From contig JBBRTE010000014.1 of assembly GCA_038244715.1 (NCBI GenBank), positions 61,775-125,774 on the forward strand: a stretch of DNA of 64,000 nt, given 5' to 3'. A program made the translations under genes and the position numbers. Below, piece by piece: positions 28,145 through 37,685 of the stretch (within the stretch, counting starts at the first letter, position 1; each line of letters starts with the position of its first letter). The notes under the pieces were generated by a model, which saw only the letters and a list, made by a program, of their open reading frames with translations, was not told the origin of the DNA and ran no database searches. This DNA comes from Thermoanaerobaculia bacterium (GTDB lineage Bacteria; Acidobacteriota; Thermoanaerobaculia; Gp7-AA8).

Positions 28145-28752
28145 GGTTCCTGGATTGGTTTCGCTTTCAATTTCACTTTGCCGTCGACGACGTCCACACG
28201 GAAGGCCACGACGTCGACTTGATATTTCTCACGCACGAAATCGCCCTGCTTCTGCACCATCGACTTCAGTTGCTCGACATTGATGTTGACCATCTGGCCC
28301 AGTTTCAGGTGTTCCTTCTCGATCTCGCCATAGAGTTTCTGGACCGCCTCGCCGTTCGTGCCGGCGGACACTCTTACATACGGATCGGCCTTCGATGACG
28401 TTACGCGCTCGGCGGGTGGGCGTGGGGCGGCGGGCGGCGGGGGAGGTGGAGTGGCCGTGGCCAGAGCGGCGGCGCGGCGGCGGAAGTCGATCGGACCTTC
28501 CTCCCGTTCCCGCATCTTGCGTCCCCACATCTCGCGGTGCTGGTTGTAGCGGGTCAGGAGCTGCGAGTAGCGGAAGCGGCGTGTGTTGTCGCGCATCTTC
28601 AGCTTGCCGAGCTCGTGAATGTAGACCTCGAGCAGCCGGCGCTCGTGCATCGGTGGGAACTTCTGGATGCCGGAGAAGAACTGGTCGTATTTGTTCTTCA
28701 GCTTCCGGATGTCTTCTTCCAGCTTGTCGAGCTCGTCGTCCTGTTTGATCAC
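28141..28752 (-). CDS. Conserved protein resembling the MXAN_5187 C-terminal domain
   Basis: LKNKYDQFFSG...P, NTRRFRY, W.RKMREREEG, VDGKVKLKAKP; family name recalled from memory. Confidence 0.55.
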   Translation of the reverse strand: MIKQDDELDKLEEDIRKLKNKYDQFFSGIQKFPPMHERRLLEVYIHELGKLKMRDNTRRFRYSQLLTRYNQHREMWGRKMREREEGPIDFRRRAAALATATPPPPPPAAPRPPAERVTSSKADPYVRVSAGTNGEAVQKLYGEIEKEHLKLGQMVNINVEQLKSMVQKQGDFVREKYQVDVVAFRVDVVDGKVKLKAKPIQEP

Positions 28753-28778
28753 GTTCCGCCGCTTACAATACCGCTCCC

Positions 28779-30176
28779 ATGGCTAAATCGCGGTCCGGGT
28801 CGGGAGATTCCGCGCGGCGCAGTATCCCGTCCGTCGAGCGGATTCTCTCCAGCGACACCTTTGCTCCCGTGATCGCGGAGTTCGGACGCGAACCGCTGAA
28901 ACGGGCGTTGACGGCCCACCTCGGCGATCTTCGCCGCGAAGGCATTCCCTTCGACGAGCTCGCAGGGGCGGACGATGTACGCAGCCGGCTGACCACGTCG
29001 ATGGCATCCACACTCCGGCCCGTGATCAACGGTTCCGGCGTCATCATCCACACCAACCTGGGTCGGTCGCCGATCGATCCCGCACTCTGGTCCCGCGCCG
29101 CCGCGATCACGACCGGCTACGCAAACCTGGAGTTCGACCTCGAGGAAGGAAGTCGGGGACGCCGCGACGCGCACCTGACGGAACTGGCGCGCACCCTGTT
29201 CGGCGGTGAAGCGGCCATCCTCACCAACAACAATGCCGCGGGAACGCTCCTGCTGCTGGCGGCGGTGGCCGGGGGGCGGGAAGTGATCGTCTCCCGTGGC
29301 GAACTGGTCGAGATCGGCGGCTCGTTTCGCGTGCCCGACGTGATCCAGCAGGGAGGCGCGCGGTTGCGCGAAGTGGGGACGACGAACCGCACGCGCGCCG
29401 CGGACTACGACGCCGCGGTCTCCGGTGCGACGGGGGCAATTCTCCGCGTCCACCGCTCGAACTTCGAGATCGTCGGATTCACGGAGTCGCCGTCCATCGC
29501 GCAACTGGTGGCTGTGGCGGGCAAGCACGCGCTTCCGTTCCTCTACGACGAGGGAAGCGGCCGTGTCGTCGACCTTGTGCCGTATGGATTTGCCTCCGCG
29601 CCGACGATCCGGGAACTGATCGATGCGGGCGTCGACGCGATTTCGTTTTCGACCGACAAGTTGATCGGCGCGACGCAGGGCGGGCTGATCGTCGGCCGCG
29701 AAGACATCATCCGGCGCTGTCGCGCGCATCCGCTCATGCGCGCGCTGCGGGCCGGCAAGGAGTCGTATGCGGTGATCGCGGAGACGCTGCGTGCCTTTGC
29801 CACCGGCCGGCATGAGACCGAAGTCCCGATCTACAGAATGCTCGCCACGCCGGTCGGTGTCCTGCGCTCGCGGGCGGAGGAGATCGTGCGAGGGACGAAT
29901 TGCCGTGTGATCGACAGCGATTGTGCCCTCGGTGGCGGTACCACGCCCTCCGAGACGATTCCTTCGATCGCCGTCGAGGTGCCGGGAGAGGCGAGCGCGC
30001 TTGCCTCTCGCTTCCTGCGGATGGAACGTCCGATCGTCGGCCGCATCGCCGGCGATCGCTTTACCATCGAGGTTCGAACGCTCGACGAGCATGACCGGCT
30101 GGGCGTGGCGCGTGCGCTCGTCAGCCTTGAGCAACCGGCAGAAGCGCCTCGATCTGTGCGCGCGACTGTTCGCTGA
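28779..30176 (+). CDS. selA: L-seryl-tRNA(Sec) selenium transferase
   Basis: VINGSGVIIHTNLGRSP, SRGELVEIGGSFRVPD, EVGTTNRT, FSTDKL. Confidence 0.93.
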   Translation: MAKSRSGSGDSARRSIPSVERILSSDTFAPVIAEFGREPLKRALTAHLGDLRREGIPFDELAGADDVRSRLTTSMASTLRPVINGSGVIIHTNLGRSPIDPALWSRAAAITTGYANLEFDLEEGSRGRRDAHLTELARTLFGGEAAILTNNNAAGTLLLLAAVAGGREVIVSRGELVEIGGSFRVPDVIQQGGARLREVGTTNRTRAADYDAAVSGATGAILRVHRSNFEIVGFTESPSIAQLVAVAGKHALPFLYDEGSGRVVDLVPYGFASAPTIRELIDAGVDAISFSTDKLIGATQGGLIVGREDIIRRCRAHPLMRALRAGKESYAVIAETLRAFATGRHETEVPIYRMLATPVGVLRSRAEEIVRGTNCRVIDSDCALGGGTTPSETIPSIAVEVPGEASALASRFLRMERPIVGRIAGDRFTIEVRTLDEHDRLGVARALVSLEQPAEAPRSVRATVR

Positions 30177-30831
30177 GCGAGTCTTTCGCGCGCACGCTCA
30201 GGCCCGCCGTCTCGATCACCGTACCGACGCGGATCGTGACCACTCCCGGCGTGATCCGGCGCGCGCCGACCCGGTGCACGTCCCAGGTCCCCTCGATGGC
30301 GAGCGGCAGAATCGGAAGCCCAGAACGGATCGCCAGAAGAAACGCACCACGCTGGAAGGGACGCATGGCCAGTTCCCGCGACCGCCCTTCCTCCGGAAAG
30401 ATCACGATCGTGTTTCCTTTCCGGATGCGTTCTACGGCCAGGTCGAAGGACTTCACGGCCGTCCGCCGGTTCTTGCGGTCGATCGGGATGAATCCGGCTC
30501 GTCCGATCGCCCACCCGAAGATCGGGATCACGAAGAGGCTCTTCTTGGCCATGAAGCGCGTCGGTTGGGGAATCGCGGCGAAAATGCAGGGGATGTCGAA
30601 GTACGAGTGGTGATTGGCGATGAGGATGTAGCGTTTGTGGCCGTCGATCCGCTCGATCCCTTCCGTCCGCAGCTCGATCCCGGCACCCCAGAGGATCAGC
30701 CGGCCCCAGAGGCGGATGATGGGATCGATCAGGGGCGATGACGACGACAGCAGGGCGATCACCATCACGGCCGTCGCCAGCGGAATCGTCACCACGAAGG
30801 CGAAGAGCAGCGCCCAGATCGTTCGAATCAT
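30121..30831 (-). CDS. plsC: 1-acyl-sn-glycerol-3-phosphate acyltransferase
   Basis: NHHSYFD, FIPIDR, FPEEGRS. Confidence 0.88.
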   Translation of the reverse strand: MIRTIWALLFAFVVTIPLATAVMVIALLSSSSPLIDPIIRLWGRLILWGAGIELRTEGIERIDGHKRYILIANHHSYFDIPCIFAAIPQPTRFMAKKSLFVIPIFGWAIGRAGFIPIDRKNRRTAVKSFDLAVERIRKGNTIVIFPEEGRSRELAMRPFQRGAFLLAIRSGLPILPLAIEGTWDVHRVGARRITPGVVTIRVGTVIETAGLSVRAKDSLSEQSRAQIEALLPVAQG

Positions 30832-30925
30832 GGAACGAATCTTAATCTGACCCCGGTGCTACAATCCCGCTCCTCTCGAATGATCCCCGCCCGGTCTTTC
30901 AAACCACTGATCAAAGGAGAAAGAC

Positions 30926-32830
30926 GTGTCCGATAGCATGACCGCGACCGCGGTGCTCGATGAGCCTGTGAGCGGCGTTCCCTCGATCGTCAACGACTGC
31001 ACGATCCACGTGGCCACGGTGAATGGCTCGGGATCGCAGTCGTCCAACAACGTGCTGATGCGCTCGATCTTTCAGATGGGCGTGCCGGTCAGCGGGAAGA
31101 ACATGTTCCCGTCGAATATCGCCGGTCTGCCGACGTGGTTCACCATCCGGGCGAACAAGGACGGCTGGATCGCGCGCAAGAAAGAAGTCGACATCATGAT
31201 CTGCATGAACGCGGCGACCGCCCGCGAGGATGTCGAAGCGCTGCAGCCCGGCGCGGTCTGTATCTACGACTCGCCGCTGAACTGCAAGGGCATTCGCAAT
31301 GACGTCACGTTCTTCGAGGTGCCGTTCGCCAAGCTGGCCGGTGAGCTCTCGCAGGACTCCCGGCTGCGTAAGCTCCTCACGAACATGATCTACGTCGGCG
31401 TCGTGGCCGACCGTCTCGGGATCGAGCGTGAGGAAATCATTCACGCGATCGCCAAGCAGTTCAAAGGCAAGCAGAAAGCGATCGAGCCGAACGTGGCAGC
31501 GATCGACAAAGGTCTCGAATACGCGCGCGAAAACCTTCCCGAACAGCGTCGCTGGCGCATCGAGCGGATGAACGCCACCGCCGGAAAGATCATCATCGAC
31601 GGCAACGCCGCGGCTGCAATCGGCGCGATGTTCGGCGGCGTCACCGTGGTGACCTGGTATCCCATCACCCCATCCTCATCGCTCTGCGAGTCTCTGATCG
31701 ACTACATGAAGGAGCACCGGATCGGGCCAGACGGCAAGGCGACGTTCGCCATCGTTCAGGCCGAGGATGAGCTCGCGGCCGTCGGCATGGTTCTCGGCGC
31801 AGGATGGGCCGGAGCCCGCTCGCTGACGTCGACATCCGGTCCTGGCATCTCCCTCATGGCCGAGTTCGCGGGCCTGGGCTACTTTGCGGAAATCCCCGGC
31901 GTGATCTGGGACATCCAGCGCGTCGGACCGTCGACGGGCCTTCCCACGCGCACCGCGCAGGGCGACATCTTCGAGGTCTACTACCTCTCGCATGGCGACA
32001 CGCAACACATCGCCCTCATCCCGTCGTCCGTCTCCGAATGCTTCGATTTCGCCGGGGAGGCACTCGACCTCGCTGAGATGTTCCAGACGCCGATCTTCGT
32101 CCTCTCGGACCTCGACCTTGGGATGAACAACTGGATGTCCGACCCCTTCGTCTATCCCACGAAACCGTATCGCCGCGGCAAGGTTCTCGACGCGAAGCAG
32201 CTCGAGGAGCTCGGCGGGAAATGGGGACGGTATCTCGACGTGGATGGCGATGGCATCGCCTTCCGCACACTGCCGGGCACCGATCATCCGATGGCGTCGT
32301 ACTTCACGCGTGGGTCCGGCCACGACACTCACGCGCGCTACTCGGAGAAGCCGTCCGACTACAAGGCGACGGTCGACCGGCTGGCGAAGAAGCACCAGAC
32401 CGCGAAGCAGTTCGTACCCGGACCGATCATCGAACAGAAGGCCGGCACAGAGATCGGGTTCATCGCGTTCGGGACGACCGACATGGCGCTTCAGGAAGCC
32501 CGTCATCAGCTGCGTACGGAGCACGGCGTCGAAACGGACTACCTCCGATTGCGCGCGTTGCCGTTCACGGACGAGGTGAAGGCGTTCGTCGAGGCGCACG
32601 AACGGGTGTACGTGGTCGAGCAGAATCGCGACGGCCAGATGGGCGATCTGCTCCGTCTGGAAGTGGGCGACATCCAGAACCGGCTGCGCAAGATTCTTCA
32701 CTACACCGGACTGCCCTGCGACGCACGCTCGATCACCAACACGCTCCTGCAGATGGAAAGCGACGGCTCCCGCGTCGTCCGCATCGGCCTCGATGGCTCT
32801 GCGACGACATCGACAGCCTCGGAGGACTAA
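30926..32830 (+). CDS. 2-oxoacid:acceptor oxidoreductase alpha subunit
   Basis: YPITPSS, QAEDELAA, TSTSGPG, QRVGPSTGLPT; AAGGAG RBS. Confidence 0.93.
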   Translation: MSDSMTATAVLDEPVSGVPSIVNDCTIHVATVNGSGSQSSNNVLMRSIFQMGVPVSGKNMFPSNIAGLPTWFTIRANKDGWIARKKEVDIMICMNAATAREDVEALQPGAVCIYDSPLNCKGIRNDVTFFEVPFAKLAGELSQDSRLRKLLTNMIYVGVVADRLGIEREEIIHAIAKQFKGKQKAIEPNVAAIDKGLEYARENLPEQRRWRIERMNATAGKIIIDGNAAAAIGAMFGGVTVVTWYPITPSSSLCESLIDYMKEHRIGPDGKATFAIVQAEDELAAVGMVLGAGWAGARSLTSTSGPGISLMAEFAGLGYFAEIPGVIWDIQRVGPSTGLPTRTAQGDIFEVYYLSHGDTQHIALIPSSVSECFDFAGEALDLAEMFQTPIFVLSDLDLGMNNWMSDPFVYPTKPYRRGKVLDAKQLEELGGKWGRYLDVDGDGIAFRTLPGTDHPMASYFTRGSGHDTHARYSEKPSDYKATVDRLAKKHQTAKQFVPGPIIEQKAGTEIGFIAFGTTDMALQEARHQLRTEHGVETDYLRLRALPFTDEVKAFVEAHERVYVVEQNRDGQMGDLLRLEVGDIQNRLRKILHYTGLPCDARSITNTLLQMESDGSRVVRIGLDGSATTSTASED

Positions 32831-32833
32831 GTC

Positions 32834-33892
32834 ATGGCCGAAAGCGTTCTCAAACTCCCCAACGAAGCACCCGCTGCGAAAGAGAACCGCCTCGGGATGA
32901 AGGCACTGGACTACGCCGGCGGCAAGTCGACGCTCTGCGCCGGCTGTGGCCACGACGCCGTGAGCAACCAGATCGTCCGCGCGTTCTACGAGATGAACGT
33001 GAAGCCGGAGATGGTCGCCAAGTTCTCCGGGATCGGCTGTTCCTCCAAAACGCCGGCGTACTTTCTCGGACGGGCGCACGGCTTCAACAGCGTTCACGGA
33101 CGCATGCCCGCGGTGGCCACCGGCGCGTTACTCGCCAACCATCATCTCGTCGGCATCGGCGTCTCCGGTGACGGCGATACCGCGTCCATCGGCCTCGGCC
33201 AGTTCATGCATCTCGTGCGGCGCAACATTCCCTTGATCTACATCATCGAGAACAACGGGGTCTATGGCCTGACGAAGGGCCAGTTCTCTGCGACGGCCGA
33301 CGAGGGATCGAAGCTGAAGACCGGGGTCATCAACGATCTTCCGCCGATGGATCTCTGCGCGCTGGCCGTGCAGCTCGGATGCGGGTTCGTCGCGCGTGGT
33401 TACGCGGGCGATCCCAAGCAGATGATCAACATCCTGAAAGCCGCGATTGCACATGACGGTCTCGCCGTCATCGACGTGATCTCACCGTGCGTCACCTTCA
33501 ACAACCACACCGGCTCGACGAAGGGATACGAGTACTCGAAGGAGCACGACGAACTGCTGCACCAGATCGGGTTCGTGCAGTCGTACGAGCAGATCGAGAT
33601 TGACTACGAGCCGGGGACCGTCCGCGAGGTTACGCTTCACGACGGCTCGCGCCTCATCCTGAAAAAGCTCGAAGAAGATTACGACCCGTCCAATGCCGTC
33701 CAGGCGCTGCAGCGGTCGCACAAGGCCATCGAAGACGGAGCCATGCTCACGGGACTCGTCTATCTGCGGCCCGAGAAGAAGAGCTTCATCAGCCTGCTCA
33801 ACATGAGCGAGAAACCGCTCTGGTCGCTGACCGAGGCGGAGACGCGTCCGCCGAAGGAAGCGCTCGATCAGATCATGCAGGAGTTGATGTAG
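32834..33892 (+). CDS. 2-oxoacid:ferredoxin oxidoreductase beta subunit
   Basis: LCAGCG, SGIGCS, HGR, GDGD, NNGVYGLTKGQ. Confidence 0.93.
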   Translation: MAESVLKLPNEAPAAKENRLGMKALDYAGGKSTLCAGCGHDAVSNQIVRAFYEMNVKPEMVAKFSGIGCSSKTPAYFLGRAHGFNSVHGRMPAVATGALLANHHLVGIGVSGDGDTASIGLGQFMHLVRRNIPLIYIIENNGVYGLTKGQFSATADEGSKLKTGVINDLPPMDLCALAVQLGCGFVARGYAGDPKQMINILKAAIAHDGLAVIDVISPCVTFNNHTGSTKGYEYSKEHDELLHQIGFVQSYEQIEIDYEPGTVREVTLHDGSRLILKKLEEDYDPSNAVQALQRSHKAIEDGAMLTGLVYLRPEKKSFISLLNMSEKPLWSLTEAETRPPKEALDQIMQELM

Positions 33893-33928
33893 CCCTGCCG
33901 CGGCCCGCTCCTTGCTTGGTCACCCGGC

Positions 33929-34144
33929 ATGAGTGACGACGAAAAAGGCGCGACCGAAGAGGATATGCAGAAGATCGAGGTCATCCGCGGTGCGGAAGTC
34001 CTCGGTTACGAAGGTGCAGGACGCGAGGAGCACAGTGGGGAGAACTCGCCGGTGACCCCGGACGACCTCCGCGACGAGCTGGCCGACAACAAGCCCAAAG
34101 ATCGCGGATCGAGTTCGTCCCAACCGAAGCCGCCGTCGGACTGA
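33929..34144 (+). CDS. Small acidic, probably disordered hypothetical protein
   Basis: Fills the gap between korB-like gene and a convergent gene; D/E-rich composition. Confidence 0.55.
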   Translation: MSDDEKGATEEDMQKIEVIRGAEVLGYEGAGREEHSGENSPVTPDDLRDELADNKPKDRGSSSSQPKPPSD

Positions 34145-34175
34145 GAGTCCGACCTGCGTTTGCGATGCGCGCTGG

Positions 34176-35615
34176 CTAGCGTTTTTTCAGCGCCGCCAGC
34201 CGGCTCTTCGCTTCCGAATCTTCGGGCGAGATCTTCAGTACGTCCTCGTAGCAGGCCTGCGCCCGCGAGATCATGCCTTCCGACCGGTAAAGATCGCCGA
34301 GCGAGACGAGAACGCCGATGGAGTTGGGGTCGAGGGAGAGGGCGCGCTGAAAACTCTCCGCGGCGTCGCGGCGCCACTTCGGATTCCGTTCCTGACAGGC
34401 TCCGAGGAGATGCCAGGCTTCGGCGAGATCCGGCGCGAAATTGACAGACTGCCGCAGCAGGACGATCGCCCCGTAGAAGTCGCCGGCGGCGCTCATTTCC
34501 CGGGCTCGATAAAGATTCTGGTGGGCGAGCGTCTGCTGTGTTTCTCGCCGTTTCAGGTCACCCCCGCCGCGCGCCACACGCTGTTCGAGCAGCTTGTCGT
34601 ACGTCTGCCGGCGGGTCGGATTCGCCAGCGCGGCCGACGCTTCCTCCACGCGCTTCAGGATCGCCATCAGCGACTCTTTCACCGCGGGCGGATAGTTGTT
34701 GATGGCGTAGAAGCGCCGCTTCTCCTCGACGGCCGAAACGATCTGACCGCGAACCGCAGCGCGCGGGACTTCGAGGAACTGATAGTGGTCCATCGACGCC
34801 ATTCGCCGTGACAGACCTACGGCCCGCAACGAGCGCGGGTCGTTCGCGCCGATCGCCACGAGCAGCTCCAGGTCGCGACGCGTGTCGCTTTCATCGACTG
34901 CGGCATGGCGAGGCGACGACTGATCGACGACCGAGAAGACACCGAGCGCCATCATGGCGATGACGACGCGCGCGGCGGTCACGGAATCCTGTGTGAAGTC
35001 CTTCAGAAATGCTTCGATCGTTCGCGGTGCCGTCAGGGCGTTGGCAATGTTTCGCTCCCCTTCGGTCAGGGGGATGCCGTCGAGGACGCTGTCCGCATCG
35101 CGTTGCGGGCCGATCTCGCGCTTCAGCTCGCCGAGGGAGCGCCGGAGCACGAGACCATTGGAAATCCCGCGGATTCCTTCGAGGATGACGGCCGGCGTGG
35201 ACTGGAGAAAGATCCGCTTCTCCGGGTCGATCGCAACATCGTCGTTGAATGCTGCCGTCCCTTCGTCCAGCGAGAAGAGCGGCATCCACTGCGCGAGCAT
35301 CCATTCCCGCAGCAGGGCCTGACGGGACGAACGGTCGAGCAGTCCGGATTCCTGGAATCTCGCGGCCGCGTCGGTGGGGTCCCCGGTCGTCAGAGAGAGT
35401 GCCTGACCGGATTGGATGACGCCCCGTCGCATCAGCAGTTCGGCCAGGGAGTCTTCCGGCGCCACCGAGGTGATCAGGGCCAGCTCGCCCTGAGACCAGT
35501 AGAGGGTCTTCCGCACAGGAGACTGGACGATCGTCAACGACCCGGTCCTTCGCTGTTGCAGGACTTCCCCTGCAATCACAGCGAACGGTGTGATCTCAAT
35601 CCTCTCCAGACTCAC
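34176..35615 (-). CDS. DUF4388-like + degenerate J-domain + TPR protein
   Basis: TGSLTI...KTLYW.QGEL N-terminus; HYQFLEV...LANPTRRQTYD J-like segment; C-terminal TPRs. Confidence 0.7.
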   Translation of the reverse strand: MSLERIEITPFAVIAGEVLQQRRTGSLTIVQSPVRKTLYWSQGELALITSVAPEDSLAELLMRRGVIQSGQALSLTTGDPTDAAARFQESGLLDRSSRQALLREWMLAQWMPLFSLDEGTAAFNDDVAIDPEKRIFLQSTPAVILEGIRGISNGLVLRRSLGELKREIGPQRDADSVLDGIPLTEGERNIANALTAPRTIEAFLKDFTQDSVTAARVVIAMMALGVFSVVDQSSPRHAAVDESDTRRDLELLVAIGANDPRSLRAVGLSRRMASMDHYQFLEVPRAAVRGQIVSAVEEKRRFYAINNYPPAVKESLMAILKRVEEASAALANPTRRQTYDKLLEQRVARGGGDLKRRETQQTLAHQNLYRAREMSAAGDFYGAIVLLRQSVNFAPDLAEAWHLLGACQERNPKWRRDAAESFQRALSLDPNSIGVLVSLGDLYRSEGMISRAQACYEDVLKISPEDSEAKSRLAALKKR

Positions 35616-35768
35616 GCCGCGTCCTCAATTTCCTTTGGCGTTTCTTTTAACACAATGTGGCATGAAACGGTCTCGTCTCGAGATCGTCTAAGCCCATGTG
35701 GGATCGAATGCAGGACCCTCCAGAATGCAATGTCCCGCTGCCGTGTTCCTTTCTCGCGAGTGATGACC

Positions 35769-37685
35769 ATGAGACTGATGAATCGGTTCGCGTTCCTGCT
35801 GCTGGCGCTTCTGGCGTTCAGTGTTTCGGCCAGTGCCCAGCAGTCCACGGATGACCCTTACGAGTTCATCCTTGCCAAGCTTGCAGCGGACGACGGCCGT
35901 TTCGACGAGGCCCTGGCCCGGATCGACAAGATCGTGGCGAGGGACCCGCAGAACGCGGTCGTTCTGTACGAACGCGCGCTGATCCTGATCGACGCCACCA
36001 AGGTCGATGCGGCGGAAGCCGAACTGCGCAAGGTCGTCGCCCTGCAACCGAACTTTTACGATGCGGAACGTGTCCTCGGCCGTGTCCTGCTCGATCGCGC
36101 CGGCACCGACCGGTCCAAGGTCGACGAAGCGCTCGTCCATCTCCAGAACGCGTTCCGCATCTATCCCGACGATCTGGCTACGGGCATGGCCATCTCGCAG
36201 ATCTATCTCGTCAGCGGACGTCCGGCGGAAGCGGAACGGTCCCTGGCCTTGATGCTCGAACGTGCTCCGGACCAGCGCGGGCTGAACTTCAGCTATGCGC
36301 AGGTTCTGACCAAGCTGGGACGCGGCGCGGAATCATTGAAGTACCTCGAGCGCGCCGTCGAAGTCGATCCGACGTTCGGCCCTGCCATCCAGCAGCTGAC
36401 CGAGCTGTACCAGAGCACAGGCCAGTGGCAGAAAGCAGCGGACGTGCTGCAGCCACTGATCAATGACGATCCGACCAACCTCGATTTTCAGCGACAGCAG
36501 GCCTATTTCTATCTTCGCGCAGGCCAGGCCGAAAAGGCGCGCGCCCGATTCTCCTCCCTGCTCATCACCGATCCGAAAGACACCCGTACTCAGTTCTATC
36601 TCGCCGAATCGCTCAGCGATCTGGAGCGGTACGACGAAGCCGATCGCCTCTATCGTCAGATTCTGGAGAAGACTCCGGACGATCCCGACGTGCTGGCCAG
36701 CTTCGGACTCACGCAGGTGGGGCGCAAGAAGTACGAGGAGGCTACCAAGACCTTCCGCGCACTGCTCGCGCTGCCCGACGCGTCGGAGGGTCTCCAGGTT
36801 CTGGCGAAGACGCAACTCGCCTTCATCGATCTGCAGAAGGGCAACCTCCAGGCGGCGGTGGATGCGTCGAGACCGCTGTTCGTCTTTCACGACAAGCCGA
36901 ACCCGCAGCCGATCAACATCGCGCTCGATGCGCTGCGGAAGCAGAAGCGCTACAGCGACGCCGTCCTTCTGCTCCAGCCTCTGGTCGACAAGTACGCCTC
37001 CGATGCCTTCGTCAATGCGCGTTACATCGAGATGCTGGCCCGCGCCGGCGACAAGGAGCGTGCGCGCGTCGCCGCGACGACGCAATCGAAATTCGGTGTG
37101 CGCAACACGATCTCCGCCGCGGAGGCGTACGTCCAGGCCGACCAGTTCGATCAGGCGATCAGCGTGCTGAAGGATGCTCTGCGCACCAAGCCCGACGACG
37201 TGGAGCTGCAGTTCGAGCTCGCCGCGGCACTCGACCGCGCCGGCGACAAGGCCGCGGCCGAAAAGACGTTCCTGGCGATCCTCGACAAGCATCCCGACAA
37301 TGCCGGCACCATGAACTACCTCGGATACATGTGGGCCGAGCAGGGTGTTCATCTCGATCAGGCCGCCGAGCTGCTGAACAAAGCCGTCAGCATGGAACCC
37401 GCCAACGGTGCCTATCTCGATTCGCTCGGGTGGACGTATTTCCGGCAGGGCAAGCTCGAGCTCGCGGAGAAGTATCTGAACGACGCCGCCCGGATCCTTC
37501 CGCGTGACGCCACGGTGCACGAGCACCTCGCTGACGTCCTCGCGAAACGGGGTGACGCCACGCGCGCGCTGTCTCTGTATCGCGTCGCGCTGACGCTCGA
37601 TCCGGAGTCGAAGGATGAAGCCAAACTCCGCTCGAAGATCGCGGAGCTGGAGAAACAGCAGCACTCCCAGCCCACCCCCAGGTGA
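35769..37685 (+). CDS. Exported multi-TPR protein (typical upstream neighbour of lolB/ispE)
   Basis: Signal peptide; many TPRs; NYLGYMWAE, YLDSLGW. Confidence 0.88.
   Translation: MRLMNRFAFLLLALLAFSVSASAQQSTDDPYEFILAKLAADDGRFDEALARIDKIVARDPQNAVVLYERALILIDATKVDAAEAELRKVVALQPNFYDAERVLGRVLLDRAGTDRSKVDEALVHLQNAFRIYPDDLATGMAISQIYLVSGRPAEAERSLALMLERAPDQRGLNFSYAQVLTKLGRGAESLKYLERAVEVDPTFGPAIQQLTELYQSTGQWQKAADVLQPLINDDPTNLDFQRQQAYFYLRAGQAEKARARFSSLLITDPKDTRTQFYLAESLSDLERYDEADRLYRQILEKTPDDPDVLASFGLTQVGRKKYEEATKTFRALLALPDASEGLQVLAKTQLAFIDLQKGNLQAAVDASRPLFVFHDKPNPQPINIALDALRKQKRYSDAVLLLQPLVDKYASDAFVNARYIEMLARAGDKERARVAATTQSKFGVRNTISAAEAYVQADQFDQAISVLKDALRTKPDDVELQFELAAALDRAGDKAAAEKTFLAILDKHPDNAGTMNYLGYMWAEQGVHLDQAAELLNKAVSMEPANGAYLDSLGWTYFRQGKLELAEKYLNDAARILPRDATVHEHLADVLAKRGDATRALSLYRVALTLDPESKDEAKLRSKIAELEKQQHSQPTPR

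Noticed and set aside
28420-28470. G/C-rich low-complexity runs (also 10041-10060, 18110-18170, 27400-27450)
   Set aside because: They encode Pro/Ala linkers in frame; ordinary.
30121-30176. 3' overlaps of convergent genes (selA/plsC 56 bp; 46990-47007; 4001-4019)
   Set aside because: Short convergent overlaps are common in compact GC-rich genomes.
34905-35768. 5' extensions of ORF-track calls (19-456, 15041-15193, 34905-35768, 43315-43524, 47734-48177, 56173-56331)
   Set aside because: They overlap neighbouring genes or repeats; conserved domains, signal peptides and promoter spacing point to the later starts.
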